A stretch of 63,564 nucleotides of DNA, the filler included, from Reticulomyxa filosa (lineage: Eukaryota; Protista; Foraminifera), in assembly GCA_000512085.1 (NCBI GenBank). It is 26 parts of 26 records of this genome, joined end to end, with 100 filler letters (N's around TTAATTAATTAA, not from the genome) between each part and the next. Parts side by side here need not be neighbours in the genome. Positions count along the whole stretch, not along the records: positions 46,572 to 53,323 come from ASPP01009217.1; positions 53,424 to 55,444 come from ASPP01006403.1; positions 55,545 to 57,236 come from ASPP01005017.1; positions 57,337 to 59,302 come from ASPP01006230.1; positions 59,403 to 60,756 come from ASPP01005687.1; positions 60,857 to 62,377 come from ASPP01041319.1; positions 62,478 to 63,564 come from ASPP01000797.1; 19 more parts are not named here. One strand, 5' to 3'. Positions within the stretch are counted from its first letter, which is position 1; each line of letters begins with the position of its first letter. Positions 51,981 to 63,564 of this stretch are shown here, piece after piece. A program made the position numbers and the translations under genes. A model generated the notes under the pieces. It was not told where the DNA came from. It was given only the letters and a program-made list of their open reading frames with translations, and made no database searches.

Positions 51981-53276
51981 ATGAAAGAAGTTTTTAAAGA
52001 CAAAGAAAAAAAGAAGCCAAATAAGATGGAAGAGGAAAAAGGCAAAGAAAATGCGAAAACTGGTCTGATGTCGGTCGAACCACATGCTAACTGTTCTAAC
52101 AAGGAAGAACAAAATGAATATAGTGGCAAGGGTGGCTCATCGACAACAAAACATGACAAATCATTTACATCCGACTTCGAATTAGTACGTTCTTTCAAGT
52201 TGCTTAAAACAATTAGTAGACATAGTAATACTGTGTACAGTATTGATTGTTCAACATTCAACGGTAGCCAATTACTTTGCTCTGGATCAAGTGATAAGAC
52301 AGTTTGTGTGTGGGATGTGAAGACGAACAAATTAGTCCAGTCATTCAATAGACATTCATATTTGGTATATTGTGTGAAATTTTCACAATATCATTACCAT
52401 ACTCACAATCGTAGTGTCGTATGTTCTTCATCACAAGATAATACCATTCGTTTTTGGGATTTCAAAAATAATATACAATTTCAAATGTTCAATGGACATA
52501 AACATGGTGTTTGTGGAATTGAATTTTCGTCATTTAATGGAGGTCGATATTTATGTTCTGGGTCTATTGACACAACCATTTGTCTATGGGATGTTGAAAC
52601 ATCCAAATCATTGCATGTTTTCAATGGACATAAGTTGGGTGTTCGATGTGTAGATATTTCACCATTGCAAAGCAATAATAACAATGATAATAATAATAAT
52701 AATAAAAGTAATCATATTGGTGTGATTGGTGGAAATGGATATACTATTTGTTCTGGATCATTTGATAAAACCATTCGAATATGGGATATTGAAACAACCA
52801 AACAATTGAATGTATTCAAAGGACATGAAAATTCTGTGTACTGTATAAAATATGGATCAAATGAATCAAGAATTGCTGGTGGTGCAAATACGATATTATC
52901 TGGATCACAAGATAAAAGCGCTCGTCTGTGGGATATTCGGTCTGGTCAACAAATACAAGCGTTTAAAGGACATTCAAATGAAGTTTGGGCTGTCGAATAC
53001 ACACCATTTGTGGTAAACAATAGCGAAATTGGAGGTAATGGAAATGTTATATGCTCTGGGTCATGGGACAATAGAATTCGTTTTTGGGATATTCGATCAA
53101 ATAAGATGCTGTTGCATGTGATCAAAGGAAATGAGAAAGAAGATAATGGAATATCATGTCTTACATTTTTAGAATTGAAAAAGAAGGAAAGCGAACATTC
53201 AAGGAATGATACCAATAGCTTGAACTTATTTTATGGTTCAAGTAAAGGCTTCATTCGAATTTGGGGGATAATTTAG
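51981..53276 (+). CDS. Intact WD40-repeat protein (copy C of the family); possible small upstream exon at approx. 51867-51905
   Basis: 431-aa uninterrupted ORF with seven blades and the family signature SPLQSNNNNDNNNNNKSNHIGVIGGNGYTICSGSFD. Confidence 0.95.
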   Translation: MKEVFKDKEKKKPNKMEEEKGKENAKTGLMSVEPHANCSNKEEQNEYSGKGGSSTTKHDKSFTSDFELVRSFKLLKTISRHSNTVYSIDCSTFNGSQLLCSGSSDKTVCVWDVKTNKLVQSFNRHSYLVYCVKFSQYHYHTHNRSVVCSSSQDNTIRFWDFKNNIQFQMFNGHKHGVCGIEFSSFNGGRYLCSGSIDTTICLWDVETSKSLHVFNGHKLGVRCVDISPLQSNNNNDNNNNNKSNHIGVIGGNGYTICSGSFDKTIRIWDIETTKQLNVFKGHENSVYCIKYGSNESRIAGGANTILSGSQDKSARLWDIRSGQQIQAFKGHSNEVWAVEYTPFVVNNSEIGGNGNVICSGSWDNRIRFWDIRSNKMLLHVIKGNEKEDNGISCLTFLELKKKESEHSRNDTNSLNLFYGSSKGFIRIWGII

Positions 53277-53423
53277 TTTTGACAAATTATTCATTTCCCA
53301 ACTTTATTTTATTTGCATCTAAANNNNNNNNNNNNNNNNNNNNNNNNNNNNNNNNNNNNNNNNNNNNTTAATTAATTAANNNNNNNNNNNNNNNNNNNNN
53401 NNNNNNNNNNNNNNNNNNNNNNN

Positions 53424-53459
<36 letters not shown>

Positions 53460-53463
<4 letters not shown>

Positions 53464-55370
53464 CGATGTTTGCAGAAATTAACTTGTTGGTGCTGCTGAA
53501 ATGGGCGACTTGGTTGGCGACAACGTCGGAACTTTGTAGTCTAGATTTTATTGTAATAACGGATTAAGTGATTTAATTTTACATCAATCTCAAAAAAAAA
53601 AATAAATAAATAAATTAAGTCGAAACTGTAGCAATTGTATTGAAAGCTGACTTCACAGTCAAGACTGAATGAGTCTGTTTGGTCATACAATGTCCATGTC
53701 ATCGACTGGGGAACAAAATGAGAGAGCTTATTGGAGGTGGCCAAGGCGCTATATCCCAGCGAAGACGGCCCATCCAAAATCCATGTCTGAAAATAATCAC
53801 TCCAAAAGACGCTCACACCTTTGGTCGTGTCCAAGCCGCGGAAGTAGGGTCTACTATTCACCGTTTTATTTTGTAAGGAATATAAGCCAGCAAAAGAGCC
53901 TGCAATTTCTCCCGGGCAGGTCGATTGTCCACGTACCAGCTCAAGTGTGGTGCAAACTTAAACAGCAATTGCATCCCAATTTCCAGGTCCCCAAGCATAT
54001 ACATGCAAACAAAATCAAAAACAAAACAAAGCAAAAGTTGTACATTGGCAAACGTCTTTATCCTTTTTTCTCCCCCCCCCCCTTGCTCTTCTTCCTCCTT
54101 TATTCAATAAAAACCTTCTCTATAAGGTACACATGATAATTTGTCAGCATCATCATAGAGATAACAACAACAAATGAACAACGTATACACACATTTTTTT
54201 TTTCTTCCTCCCCCCTCATCAAAGCGTTCATACCTTTAGTGGGCGCGATGGTTGGCGCATGAGTGTTGATTCCGGTAGTCTGGGTGGGCACATTGGTCGG
54301 CAAAGGTGTAGGCCACGCAGTAGTAAGCGAAAAGCAGGTCATTCGTAACGTGACTCGTGACTGGATTGGCTCGTACACATTGTTGTTGATGAAGTGATCC
54401 CATAGGCTATAAATGCCGCTGGCCGAACCCGGCGCGTCGTCGGTAGTCTGTGTGCGATTTTGAACCAGCGAAAATGTGCCATTGGATATCACCCATACCC
54501 CGACTTGAGGGTACCATCGCTTGCTAAAGTACACTTTCACGCCACGTCCATTTGACCACATTCTTCTGCTGTCCGATACATACGAAGAGGTTGACAACTG
54601 GTTAAAGCGATAATCCGTTTGTTTGCCATAAAACACTGAGCTCAGTCCGCTTACTTTTAACGCCGTACAAGCTTAATATCCACACACACACACACACACG
54701 CACACATCAATAAAAAATATATGTATACATATATACATGTATATGTATGTGTACACAAGAGATATAACAACATAATTTCAACAACGTATACTTACAGCAT
54801 AAATTTTTTCCTATTATTCTCTCCCTTTATATACATATACATGTAATGTGATTGTGTATTTTAGTAATTAATTTGTAAAACTAAACGTGTGGATGCATAG
54901 ATAACAGTTGTCTCGGTCGGCAGCGTAGTTGGTCGTGCGGTGGTCGGCGCTTTGGAAGGCGATGCAGTGGATGGTGTGGTGGGACGTTTTGTGGGTTGTG
55001 AGGTGGGCGGCTTGGTCGGGCGATGGGTTGGATTAGGGCTTGGGCAAGTGGTCGGGGAGCTCGAGTCAGGATGACACATGACGATATTAGTAGTAGAGGG
55101 ATTGTTCTTGATACTAGGGTTGCTTGCAGGATCAGTGTACAGTTTCCAATTAACATTTTGTGCGTTGGTAAAGTCTTGTTTCACCGCCATAGCACTGTTA
55201 CTTTTGCTTTGTATTATATACGTGGTATTGCAAGGAGAAGTTCCTATTGTCACGAAATATTGTTGCTGGCTGAGGTACATCTCGTACATGTAATACTTTG
55301 TATTTGGTGATACCGTGTATTCATAGATATAAGTGCCTGTATTCCAGTCCACACGGTTTGTCAATGTCAA
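53460..55370 (-). CDS. Putative extracellular/surface protein with aromatic-rich modules separated by Pro/Thr-rich linkers, multi-exon, partial
   Basis: PTHRPTKPPTSQPTKRPTTPSTASPSKAPTTARPTTLPT and PTPLPTNVPTQTT linkers between approx. 100-aa Tyr/Trp-rich segments. Confidence 0.55.
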
Positions 55371-55742
55371 TAAAAGAACCACTCTCATTTATTTTTTTTT
55401 CATGTGTGTTAGTATATGTATATAAATATACTTTTTTTTTTTTTNNNNNNNNNNNNNNNNNNNNNNNNNNNNNNNNNNNNNNNNNNNNTTAATTAATTAA
55501 NNNNNNNNNNNNNNNNNNNNNNNNNNNNNNNNNNNNNNNNNNNNTAGTATCAAGATGTGTCAGAGAATTTAATATTATTTAAAGAAGTTACAATTATAGT
55601 TCAATTTTTATCGTTATTTTTTATTTTGATTTGAAATGCTTTTTAATGGAAAAATATGGAGTTGGATTTCTTATGATATTTTTAATTTACTGAAATGTTA
55701 TGGTAGTTGAAAAAAGTACAATGCAAGCTTAAATATCGAAAC

Positions 55743-56401
55743 CTAATAAACGGGATCACTGTAAAACTCTTGGAACCATTCTTCAGCAACATCCAAAAGA
55801 GCTTTGTTTTTGTAGCTTTTTCTTTTTTTGGTTATCTCGCTATAAGTGTTCTCACGCATAGATTTGATAATTTCAAGACATTTATGCTGGTCAAACTTCA
55901 AATATCGCAGTACCATGTAGCATGTAATACCTGTTCGATGCAGTCCTGCAGCACAATGTATCAACATGGTCACACCTCTTTCATTTTGCAAAATATTTGC
56001 CAATTCAGGAATGTTTTTTTCAGAGTTGGTAAATCAGAGGCCTGTCTCATTTTGAGTCCAGATAATGGCACTTGAATCCAATGTATATGCTTGAATGCAT
56101 CTCCATTGAGCAACACTTCCAAATGTTTGAAACTTCCCTCGCTTGAACGCATAAGAGTTACGATATGAGTTAAATGTTCTTCATTCCACACGCATAGTGA
56201 TTTCTTGCTTGGACAACCGCTGCACACAAGACGGTTTTCGTTGCAAACTTTGACTGGTGATAACGTTTTCGTTTTTTGCTTAGATGAATCAGAAAAGCAA
56301 ACTAGCCCATTGACAAATTCCAATAGATCATCAAGTATCACCAAAGGGTCTTTGGGAGAAATTGTGATTGCTGACTGCATTTTCCAGCACAGAGCACCCA
56401 A
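55743..56401 (-). CDS. Protein-tyrosine/dual-specificity phosphatase family protein; apparent frameshift in an A-run near 56015
   Basis: THIVTLM, IHWIQVPL and the CX5R active site IHCAAGLHRTG. Confidence 0.85.
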
Positions 56402-56673
56402 TTTACGACTGTTTTTTTATTTCATCAGTTTCGTTAGTAAATGCAGAAACAAAAGTTGGACTGAAGACAAATGTCTACGTTGATGAAACAATATTATTTG
56501 AATTACTTTTGAAATCAACACTGAGAGAATCTATGTTTTAAAATTATGGCACTTTTTTTGTATGTTTCCGGGCACAATTTACTTTTAAAAATTTTGTAGT
56601 AGAGGAGGCAAAATTAAGTGGAACATGCATGGGTGAGAAAACAAAAAAAAACAAGGAGCCAAGAAGGGCGGTT

Positions 56674-57236
56674 TCATCCAACAAATTTGCCAGAAGAGCG
56701 CTTTCTTGATACTTGCGATAATTTTTGCATATCATTGACGATCAATTGTAGCGACGCTCGAAGCGTTGCCAAATAATACCCGGGCATATCTGCGCGGTAG
56801 CTATCGACAACAAAGTCGTCAATCAGCTCAACTTCTGACCACAGCGTATGAACATTCGCATGAATCAAGATATAAGCAAACAAGGACAACAAATCGTCGG
56901 GAGTGCTGTATCCAAAGCATGTTATGAAAAAAAAAAAAAAAAAAGATTGTTAATAATTGGTACGAAACAAAAAAAAGCATTGCAACATAAAAACAAAGAC
57001 AGACATGGCAATTTGTTCTTTAATATCCGAGACCCTGTAGAAATCATCAATGCATTCTTTGATGATATCAGCCGTTTCCACAACTGACAGAATCTTGCCT
57101 TCGGGAGTTGGAGAGTTTTTCATTTGTTTCAGTTTCTCAATGGCACGTTCGTAAGGGGGATGAGATGAAGCGACACTTTTATCTTTGTCTTTTTTCACAA
57201 CTTTGGCGGTATTATTATTACTATTATTATCATTAT
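56674..57236 (-). CDS. VPS9-domain (Rab5 GEF) protein, 3' part, spliced
   Basis: PYERAIEKLKQMKNSPTPEGKI, DDLLSLFAYILIHANV..LWSEVELIDDF and GYYLATLRASLQLI. Confidence 0.85.
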
Positions 57237-57429
57237 NNNNNNNNNNNNNNNNNNNNNNNNNNNNNNNNNNNNNNNNNNNNTTAATTAATTAANNNNNNNN
57301 NNNNNNNNNNNNNNNNNNNNNNNNNNNNNNNNNNNNTTTTTATTTTTTATTTTTTTTGTTTCCAGGTGGTGCAAAAGGGGATACAGAAACATATATATGT
57401 ATATACATGTTTCTTCTAAAGGAACAGAA

Positions 57430-58120
57430 AAGATATATACGGCATAACTTTGCGCAGATAATAGATCAAGAAGACGAACAGCGTAATGCTCCAAAAAAAA
57501 TGACAAATAACTGAAGCAATGACCAACATATTGAATAGCGAATCCTTGGCGCAATGATGGAATTGTGTATATACCACCGTAGTTATAAGCAAGGTATTAA
57601 AGGAAAGAACCGGAGTAATTCCAAAAAAATATTGACGGCATTTGGATATTTCAAAAAAGCTCCCTCGGAGAATCACTGAAGTTCGAACTACGTAGAATGT
57701 GAAAAATAAACCGTCAGTTAACACTCGCAAATAAGATACGTATAATGCTTCGTTACACGCTCTTCCTGGGACAATGGCAAGTGCAAATATCATCCGTTCA
57801 CAGACAGTGCCAATACAAAATAAACTGCATCCCACAACATACAGGAATACTATCCATCTTATTGCACGGTGAATAGCCACTCTCGGCTTTTGCTCTTTGA
57901 ATGTTGTATCTTTGTTCACTTCTTGCACTTCAATTTCGGAGACGCTCTGTACTTCTTTGCTTCTTGATACACTCTGTGCCCTTCCACTTGTCAAGTTCCA
58001 CAGATATTTCCGTGCCACCAATGACAACCATCCACAATACAAACCACAAACAACGTTTACCACAATGTTTTGTATAAACAACCACTCCGAAGAAAATCCT
58101 GCTCTTGTATACATTGACAT
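57430..58120 (-). CDS. Multi-pass membrane protein (possibly 7TM-like), 3'-truncated
   Basis: 234-aa ORF with at least five hydrophobic helices; no family motif recognised. Confidence 0.5.
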
Positions 58121-58829
58121 TCCTTCCTTTTATTGCACTCTTCAAACGTAAGTCCCAGTCTAAAACAAGTGCAAACGTGTCCTTTTTTGCTTGTTTCCTT
58201 CTCCCTTTTTACTTACCACAAGGAAAGCAAAAGCAAAGAATATGATCGTAAAATGGTGTTGCTTTATTTCAAATTTACTATATAAAGACCTTGTTATTGA
58301 ATTTTTTTTCAGCTTGCAAAACATTTATTAATAAACTTTGCAACAATCACACAAATTTTGTAGGCTAAAAATATCTCTGAAAATGCTACATATTAAAAAA
58401 TTCAAATGAAAAATTGACCAGTTTTCAGGTTTTATGAAGACTTTTAATTTTTTATTCAATTTAGTCTTGGGGCTGGTTAACTTACTATTGTGTAGATTTT
58501 GTAATGCAATAAACACTGTAATATAGTGAGCGTTCAAGATTATATTCAAATTGTTTGACTAAAAGAAAGGCAAATAATGCCTGATACGTAATACTTTTAA
58601 GAAAACAGAAGGAGGGGGCTCACGAGATAGAATCAGAAAAGCCAATAAAGGAGATGGAAAGAGAAGAATTTAAATCAGAATTGAATGACAGCAAAGAAGA
58701 AATCAGTTCTAAACTAAAGAGGTCAATAAATATAAGGACATCATATATCGCTGAGGAGGGGGAATAAGAAAGGGAAGAAAAAGGAAGTGAACGAAATGGT
58801 GTCCATTAAAAAAAAATTAGAAGGAAATA

Positions 58830-59250
58830 TGCAAATGAACTGAAAGCTTTGCAGCTATTGTACGGGGACATAATGAAGGAAGAAGAGTTGTGGACGAAGC
58901 TGGAGCACAGTAACGGCGACATTGCAAAGGCAATCGAGGGTATTGTGACAAATCTGCTCCAAGTGAAGCACCGACAGTCGATTGTGGGGGACCCTTGTAC
59001 GTACAGAGATTGGTGGAGATCGACGAGATCATAAATATTGAATTGAAATCAGTATAAAAAAAAAAAAAAGATGAGAGAAAATAAAATAAATAAATAAATA
59101 AACCAAAAAAAAAAAAAAAGAAAAAGATCCTATTTTATGCCTGTCTATATGCAGACGAAGGTAAAAACGACGTATTTGTAGACTTGATCGAAAGGTTTAC
59201 CAAAAGCAATCAAATAAAGATTGACGTTCAATTTGCGTACTATGGGCATG
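58830..59250 (+). CDS. Hypothetical protein fragments (small helical CUE/UBA-like segment)
   Basis: LQLLYGDIMKEEELWTKLEHSNGDIAKAIEGIV; exon structure unclear. Confidence 0.25.
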
Positions 59251-60127
59251 AAGTACAAAAACACATACATTTATATCATTTACAATCAAAAAAAAAAAAA
59301 AANNNNNNNNNNNNNNNNNNNNNNNNNNNNNNNNNNNNNNNNNNNNTTAATTAATTAANNNNNNNNNNNNNNNNNNNNNNNNNNNNNNNNNNNNNNNNNN
59401 NNAAAAAAAAAAAAAAAGGAACTTCTCGAATACAATACAAAAATAAAAACTATTAAGTACACGTAACTCAAACAAAGAAATTCGAGTAAACCAAAAACTA
59501 GATTTTGACAGTTTTTTTCGAAATAACACGAATGTAAGCAACAATGTCATCAAAAATAACAATAAAAATTGGCACATTTTTTTTTTTTTTGATACTAACG
59601 TTTTTTATTGGAAAACTCGCCGAAACTTCGTTTTGATGGATATACAATGTACATATGCATATTTTTATTTTTTTTGATTTTGTAATGTTGTTTCAAGTTT
59701 GTAGGCCATGTCTCAAGACCGTGAGGAGAAACAATGGAAACTGGTACTTCCGCAACAGTAGCTTGTTGAACACGCTCAAGCCTACTGAAAACGTCATATA
59801 CATGCTGGACGAGATAAAAAATCGTCCAAATTCAGCCCATGTTGTCGTCTGGGACATGTCCTTTAATGATGGTCAAGAGTTTATATTTGTTCGCCCCTTC
59901 TTTTTACTCTCTTATTGTTTAACACTCCAGAAAAAGCAACGGCAGATGCGATGATTATTTGTCTCTCTTAACAAAATTTAAAGTTTTTCTTTTGTCATTT
60001 ATTGTGTTTGCCAAGAAGATACAGTCCCGAGTTAAAAGTATGCACACCATTTTTTTTACAAAAAAAAAAAGTCTAACGTTACCTTTCATGCGATTGGTGC
60101 GTCAGCTCTTTTTCACAAATATATATC

Positions 60128-60728
60128 ATGGAAGAAAAAACAGATTTGGAGGAAAAAAAACCTGAGAAAAATTTTAACAACAATGACAGTATGTTGTTCG
60201 GATATAGTGACCAAAACAACAAAAAAGCAAACCCAATGACGTCAGAAAATTCAAGCTACATTGCAGAGAGGCTGGCACAGAGGTTACACATCTACCCAGT
60301 GCGTACAGACCACCACCCCCCAAGATTCGATTGCAATGATGAGAAAGCATATGAATATTTGCGCGAATACGGATACGTGGTAATTCGCAACGTGCTGAAT
60401 AATGAAGAATGTTCGAATTTACGAAAAGAAACGTGGGATTGGCTGGAGAAGCTGGAATTTCCGAACCAGATGAAAATAAAGAGGGACGATCCAAGTACAT
60501 GGGATGACGGGAACTTTCCATCCGATCCACGGACGGGTATCGTATTTAGTTTTGGAATCGGTCAAACTCCTATGAGTTGGTACGCTCGAAGCGCGCCCGC
60601 CGTCAAGCAAGCTTTTGCATATATTTGGGGGACTGAGGATTTGATCACTAGTTTCGATGGTTGCAATCTGTATCGACCATGGAAGTACAATCGCCGTTGG
60701 CGTACTATGTCAAGTTGGTGGCATACGG
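60128..60728 (+). CDS. Phytanoyl-CoA dioxygenase-like (PhyH-type 2OG-Fe(II)) protein, 5' part
   Basis: YLREYGYVVIRNVL, WDWLE, IKRDDPSTW, GIGQTPMSWYAR..PAVKQAFAYIWGTEDLITSFDG and WWH. Confidence 0.8.
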
Positions 60729-60856
60729 TGTGCATTTTTTTTTTTTTTTAATTTAANNNNNNNNNNNNNNNNNNNNNNNNNNNNNNNNNNNNNNNNNNNN
60801 TTAATTAATTAANNNNNNNNNNNNNNNNNNNNNNNNNNNNNNNNNNNNNNNNNNNN

Positions 60857-62330
60857 AACGAAAGTTAAAACAAAGCGATTTTTCCCAGAAGAAATTTCAT
60901 TAATGGTATTGCAATACCTAAAAAAAGTGCCCGAGTCGTATTTGGGTTGCACAGTGAGCAATGTGGTTGTGACAGTGCCAGCATATTTCAATTCAATCAG
61001 CGACAAGCCACCGCAAATGCAGCAAAAATCGCAGGCTTGAAAGTGCAGCGTATTATCAATGACGCAGCAGCAGCAGCAATAGCATACGGATTGGACGGAA
61101 AGTGGAGCCACAGAGGGACAAAATGTATGTTTTGAATTGGGGTAGCGGTCATTGTGATACATCTTTGTTATCCTTGGAAAATGAAGTGTTTGAGGTGAAG
61201 GCAACAGCTGGTGATAATCATTTGGGAGGCGAAGATATCGACAACATATTGCTAGCGTTTTTTGTAGATGAATGCAAGAAAAGATACAAATTGGATATCA
61301 CTCAAAACAAGCGAGCAATGAACCAAATTTGAAGAACTGTGTATACATTATTTCCATGACTGTTTGACTCTAATCTCCAAGGATTGCGAGAAGGTGAAAT
61401 GAGCAAATTTGATATCAGTGATGTTGTGTTAATTGGTGGATCCACTCAAATTCTAAAAGTACGGAAATTGATTCAAGAATACTTCAATGGAAAAGAACCT
61501 TGCACAACTATGAACCCTGGTGAAACAGTTGAATATGGTGCAGCTGTCCAAGCTGCAATTTTGAGTGGGGAAGAAATTGTTAAAGCTAGTGATATACTGC
61601 TATTGGATGTAGTACCACTGTAATTGGGAATTAAAACTACACTTGGTGTGATGAAAAAATTGGTCCCTTGCAAAGCGATAGAAATATTTACCACTTATAT
61701 TTATCATCAATGCAATTCGTTGATTCGAGTGTATGAAGTAGAGTCATAATTCATAAAAGATAACAATTAGTTGGCAATTTCTATTCACGAATATTCAACC
61801 TGCTCCAATTGGTGTTCATGAAATTGAAGTCACTTTCGATTTGGATTCCAATTGCACTTTGTCGGTATCCACAAAGGACAAGAAGCAGGAATTTAACATC
61901 AAAATAATTCAAATTGGCCAGCAAAGTGAACAAGTAGATGAGAAAGAAATTAAAAGAATGATTGAAGCAGCCAAAACATACAGTCTTGCAGATGTTCATC
62001 GACAAAATGGACCGTGGGATGAGTATGAAGTTAAACGAATGGCCGAGGAAACCGACAAATACAAATTGTTCGTGCAAATATTGCAGAAGAAACTCACGTC
62101 CAAAATCTGGTGATATAAATTTGATATGCCGTTGTTTTTTTTCAATAAATTATAATTTGTGTCATTTTTTTGGAAATAGGACACAAATGAAAGAAACGAC
62201 AAAACAAAGACAGAGTTAAATGTTATCATTGTTTCATTTGTATTTGACATATTAGATATTTCTACAATAAACAAAACGCAAGGAAAAGTACCGAAAATAG
62301 AAGAAATGGTGGACTCAAATAAAACAAGAA
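60857..62330 (+). pseudogene. Hsp70 pseudogene
   Basis: [68 protein letters not shown] and [13 protein letters not shown], with frameshifts, stops and a large internal deletion near 61320. Confidence 0.93.
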
Positions 62331-63564
62331 GATAAAATATAGGTAATTGAAAAATTTAAAACAATGTCAAATGAACANNNNNNNNNNNNNNNNNNNNNNN
62401 NNNNNNNNNNNNNNNNNNNNNTTAATTAATTAANNNNNNNNNNNNNNNNNNNNNNNNNNNNNNNNNNNNNNNNNNNNCCTTTTATTCTTCCTTTTATTTG
62501 TTCGTGATTTTTGGATTTGGTGCGTTCGACAAGTGCTGGTAAGAAAACTTTCGGCAACGCTTGACTCATCTAACCTTTCTGACTTTGAGCAATCTTAAAT
62601 GTTGCTCATCCTCAAACTTGTGAAGATAAACTTTGAAGTTTCTTCATTTCATTATAAAGGGGTTGCTCTTTATTTTTTTCTGAGTTCGGCAATGGTTTTA
62701 AATTCATGCATTATAATTTTAATTAAAAAACATTAAATATGCATAAAGATACATTTCCTTTATGAGTAAAGTTGTTGAAATAAAAAAATTTGTATATGTT
62801 GTAAATATTTAATGCATGGAATTGATCATTAGAAATAATAGAACAGATTAATCAGATTTAAGATATGGTTTTAGCAAATAAAGCTTTGCAATGCGATATT
62901 TTTAGATAAGAAGAGATATTATTATTTTTTAAAATTATTCATTACATTCTCTACTAAATAGACGCGTTTTAGATTTTAATGTTCATCGCAATGTAATTCT
63001 TATTCCAACATACTTTTGTAGTATGATTCAGTATGAAATAATATGAAAAGGATAACAACAATTTTTCTGTTTCATCATCGAAACTAATCAATTTTCATCG
63101 TTGTAAGAATTATTTTTGTTTAGAAGCATTGATTTTTTGTGAGATTATCAAAATATAGAACAATCAATAACTTTTTTGTTGAATCTCATGCAATAGATTT
63201 TTTCCTTTCTGAACTTAAGCAAAATGATTTTTAAGCTGACTTGCTTTGTTTTTGGAAAAGGGATACAAGATAACAAGTATATCTCAGGTATATTACAGAT
63301 AGTTAAATTCCAACGTTCCAAAAACTTCTTTATAGCATTAAAGACATTCTGCACATTTCAAAATATAATCACATCATTGTAATTTAATCAATATTATAAT
63401 CTTATGAAGAAAATTATAATTTTTGTTTCTTAGTCAAACAACACTTTTTTTTACTTTTAAAAGGACGATTTTTTTCATGTACTTTCCCCTTTTAAAAAAA
63501 TCTAAACTACTTTATAATTCATCAACATTACAACATGAGCAATCAGGTCTTTCAAACTTTGAAG

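Overview
This window is not one contiguous locus. It is about 26 short contigs joined by 25 identical artificial 100-nt spacers (44 N + TTAATTAATTAA + 44 N), so neighbourhood across spacers carries no information. Nearly all contigs are AT-rich, intron-containing eukaryotic DNA. The expanded WD40, caspase-like/TPR, TRAF-finger and PUB-like families resemble those I recall from the foraminiferan Reticulomyxa filosa (Rhizaria); this assignment is pattern recognition, not a database search. One contig (4817-6010) is GC-rich bacterial DNA (bamB-der), most likely a betaproteobacterial contaminant or prey. Recognisable eukaryotic genes include RABL2, a Bub1-type pseudokinase, HIBCH, an RNF213-like AAA+ fragment, a TRAF-finger/MLLE fusion, a urea transporter, TVP38/TMEM64, a PB1-like/dead-caspase/TPR protein flanked by two LINE relics, calmodulin, a GH3 glycosidase with an inserted PAN/apple domain, monodehydroascorbate reductase, a MAPK, SETD7, a Golgi sulfotransferase, prefoldin, a PTP/DSP phosphatase, a VPS9 GEF, a PhyH-like dioxygenase and several pseudogenes (WD40, Hsp70). 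The most notable signal is a possible immune-like receptor repertoire: WD40 paralogues vary specifically at top-face residues, alongside the variable TPR/pseudo-caspase protein and the RNF213-like protein. All family assignments come from visual motif matching and need HMM or BLAST confirmation. Exon boundaries are approximate unless stated.
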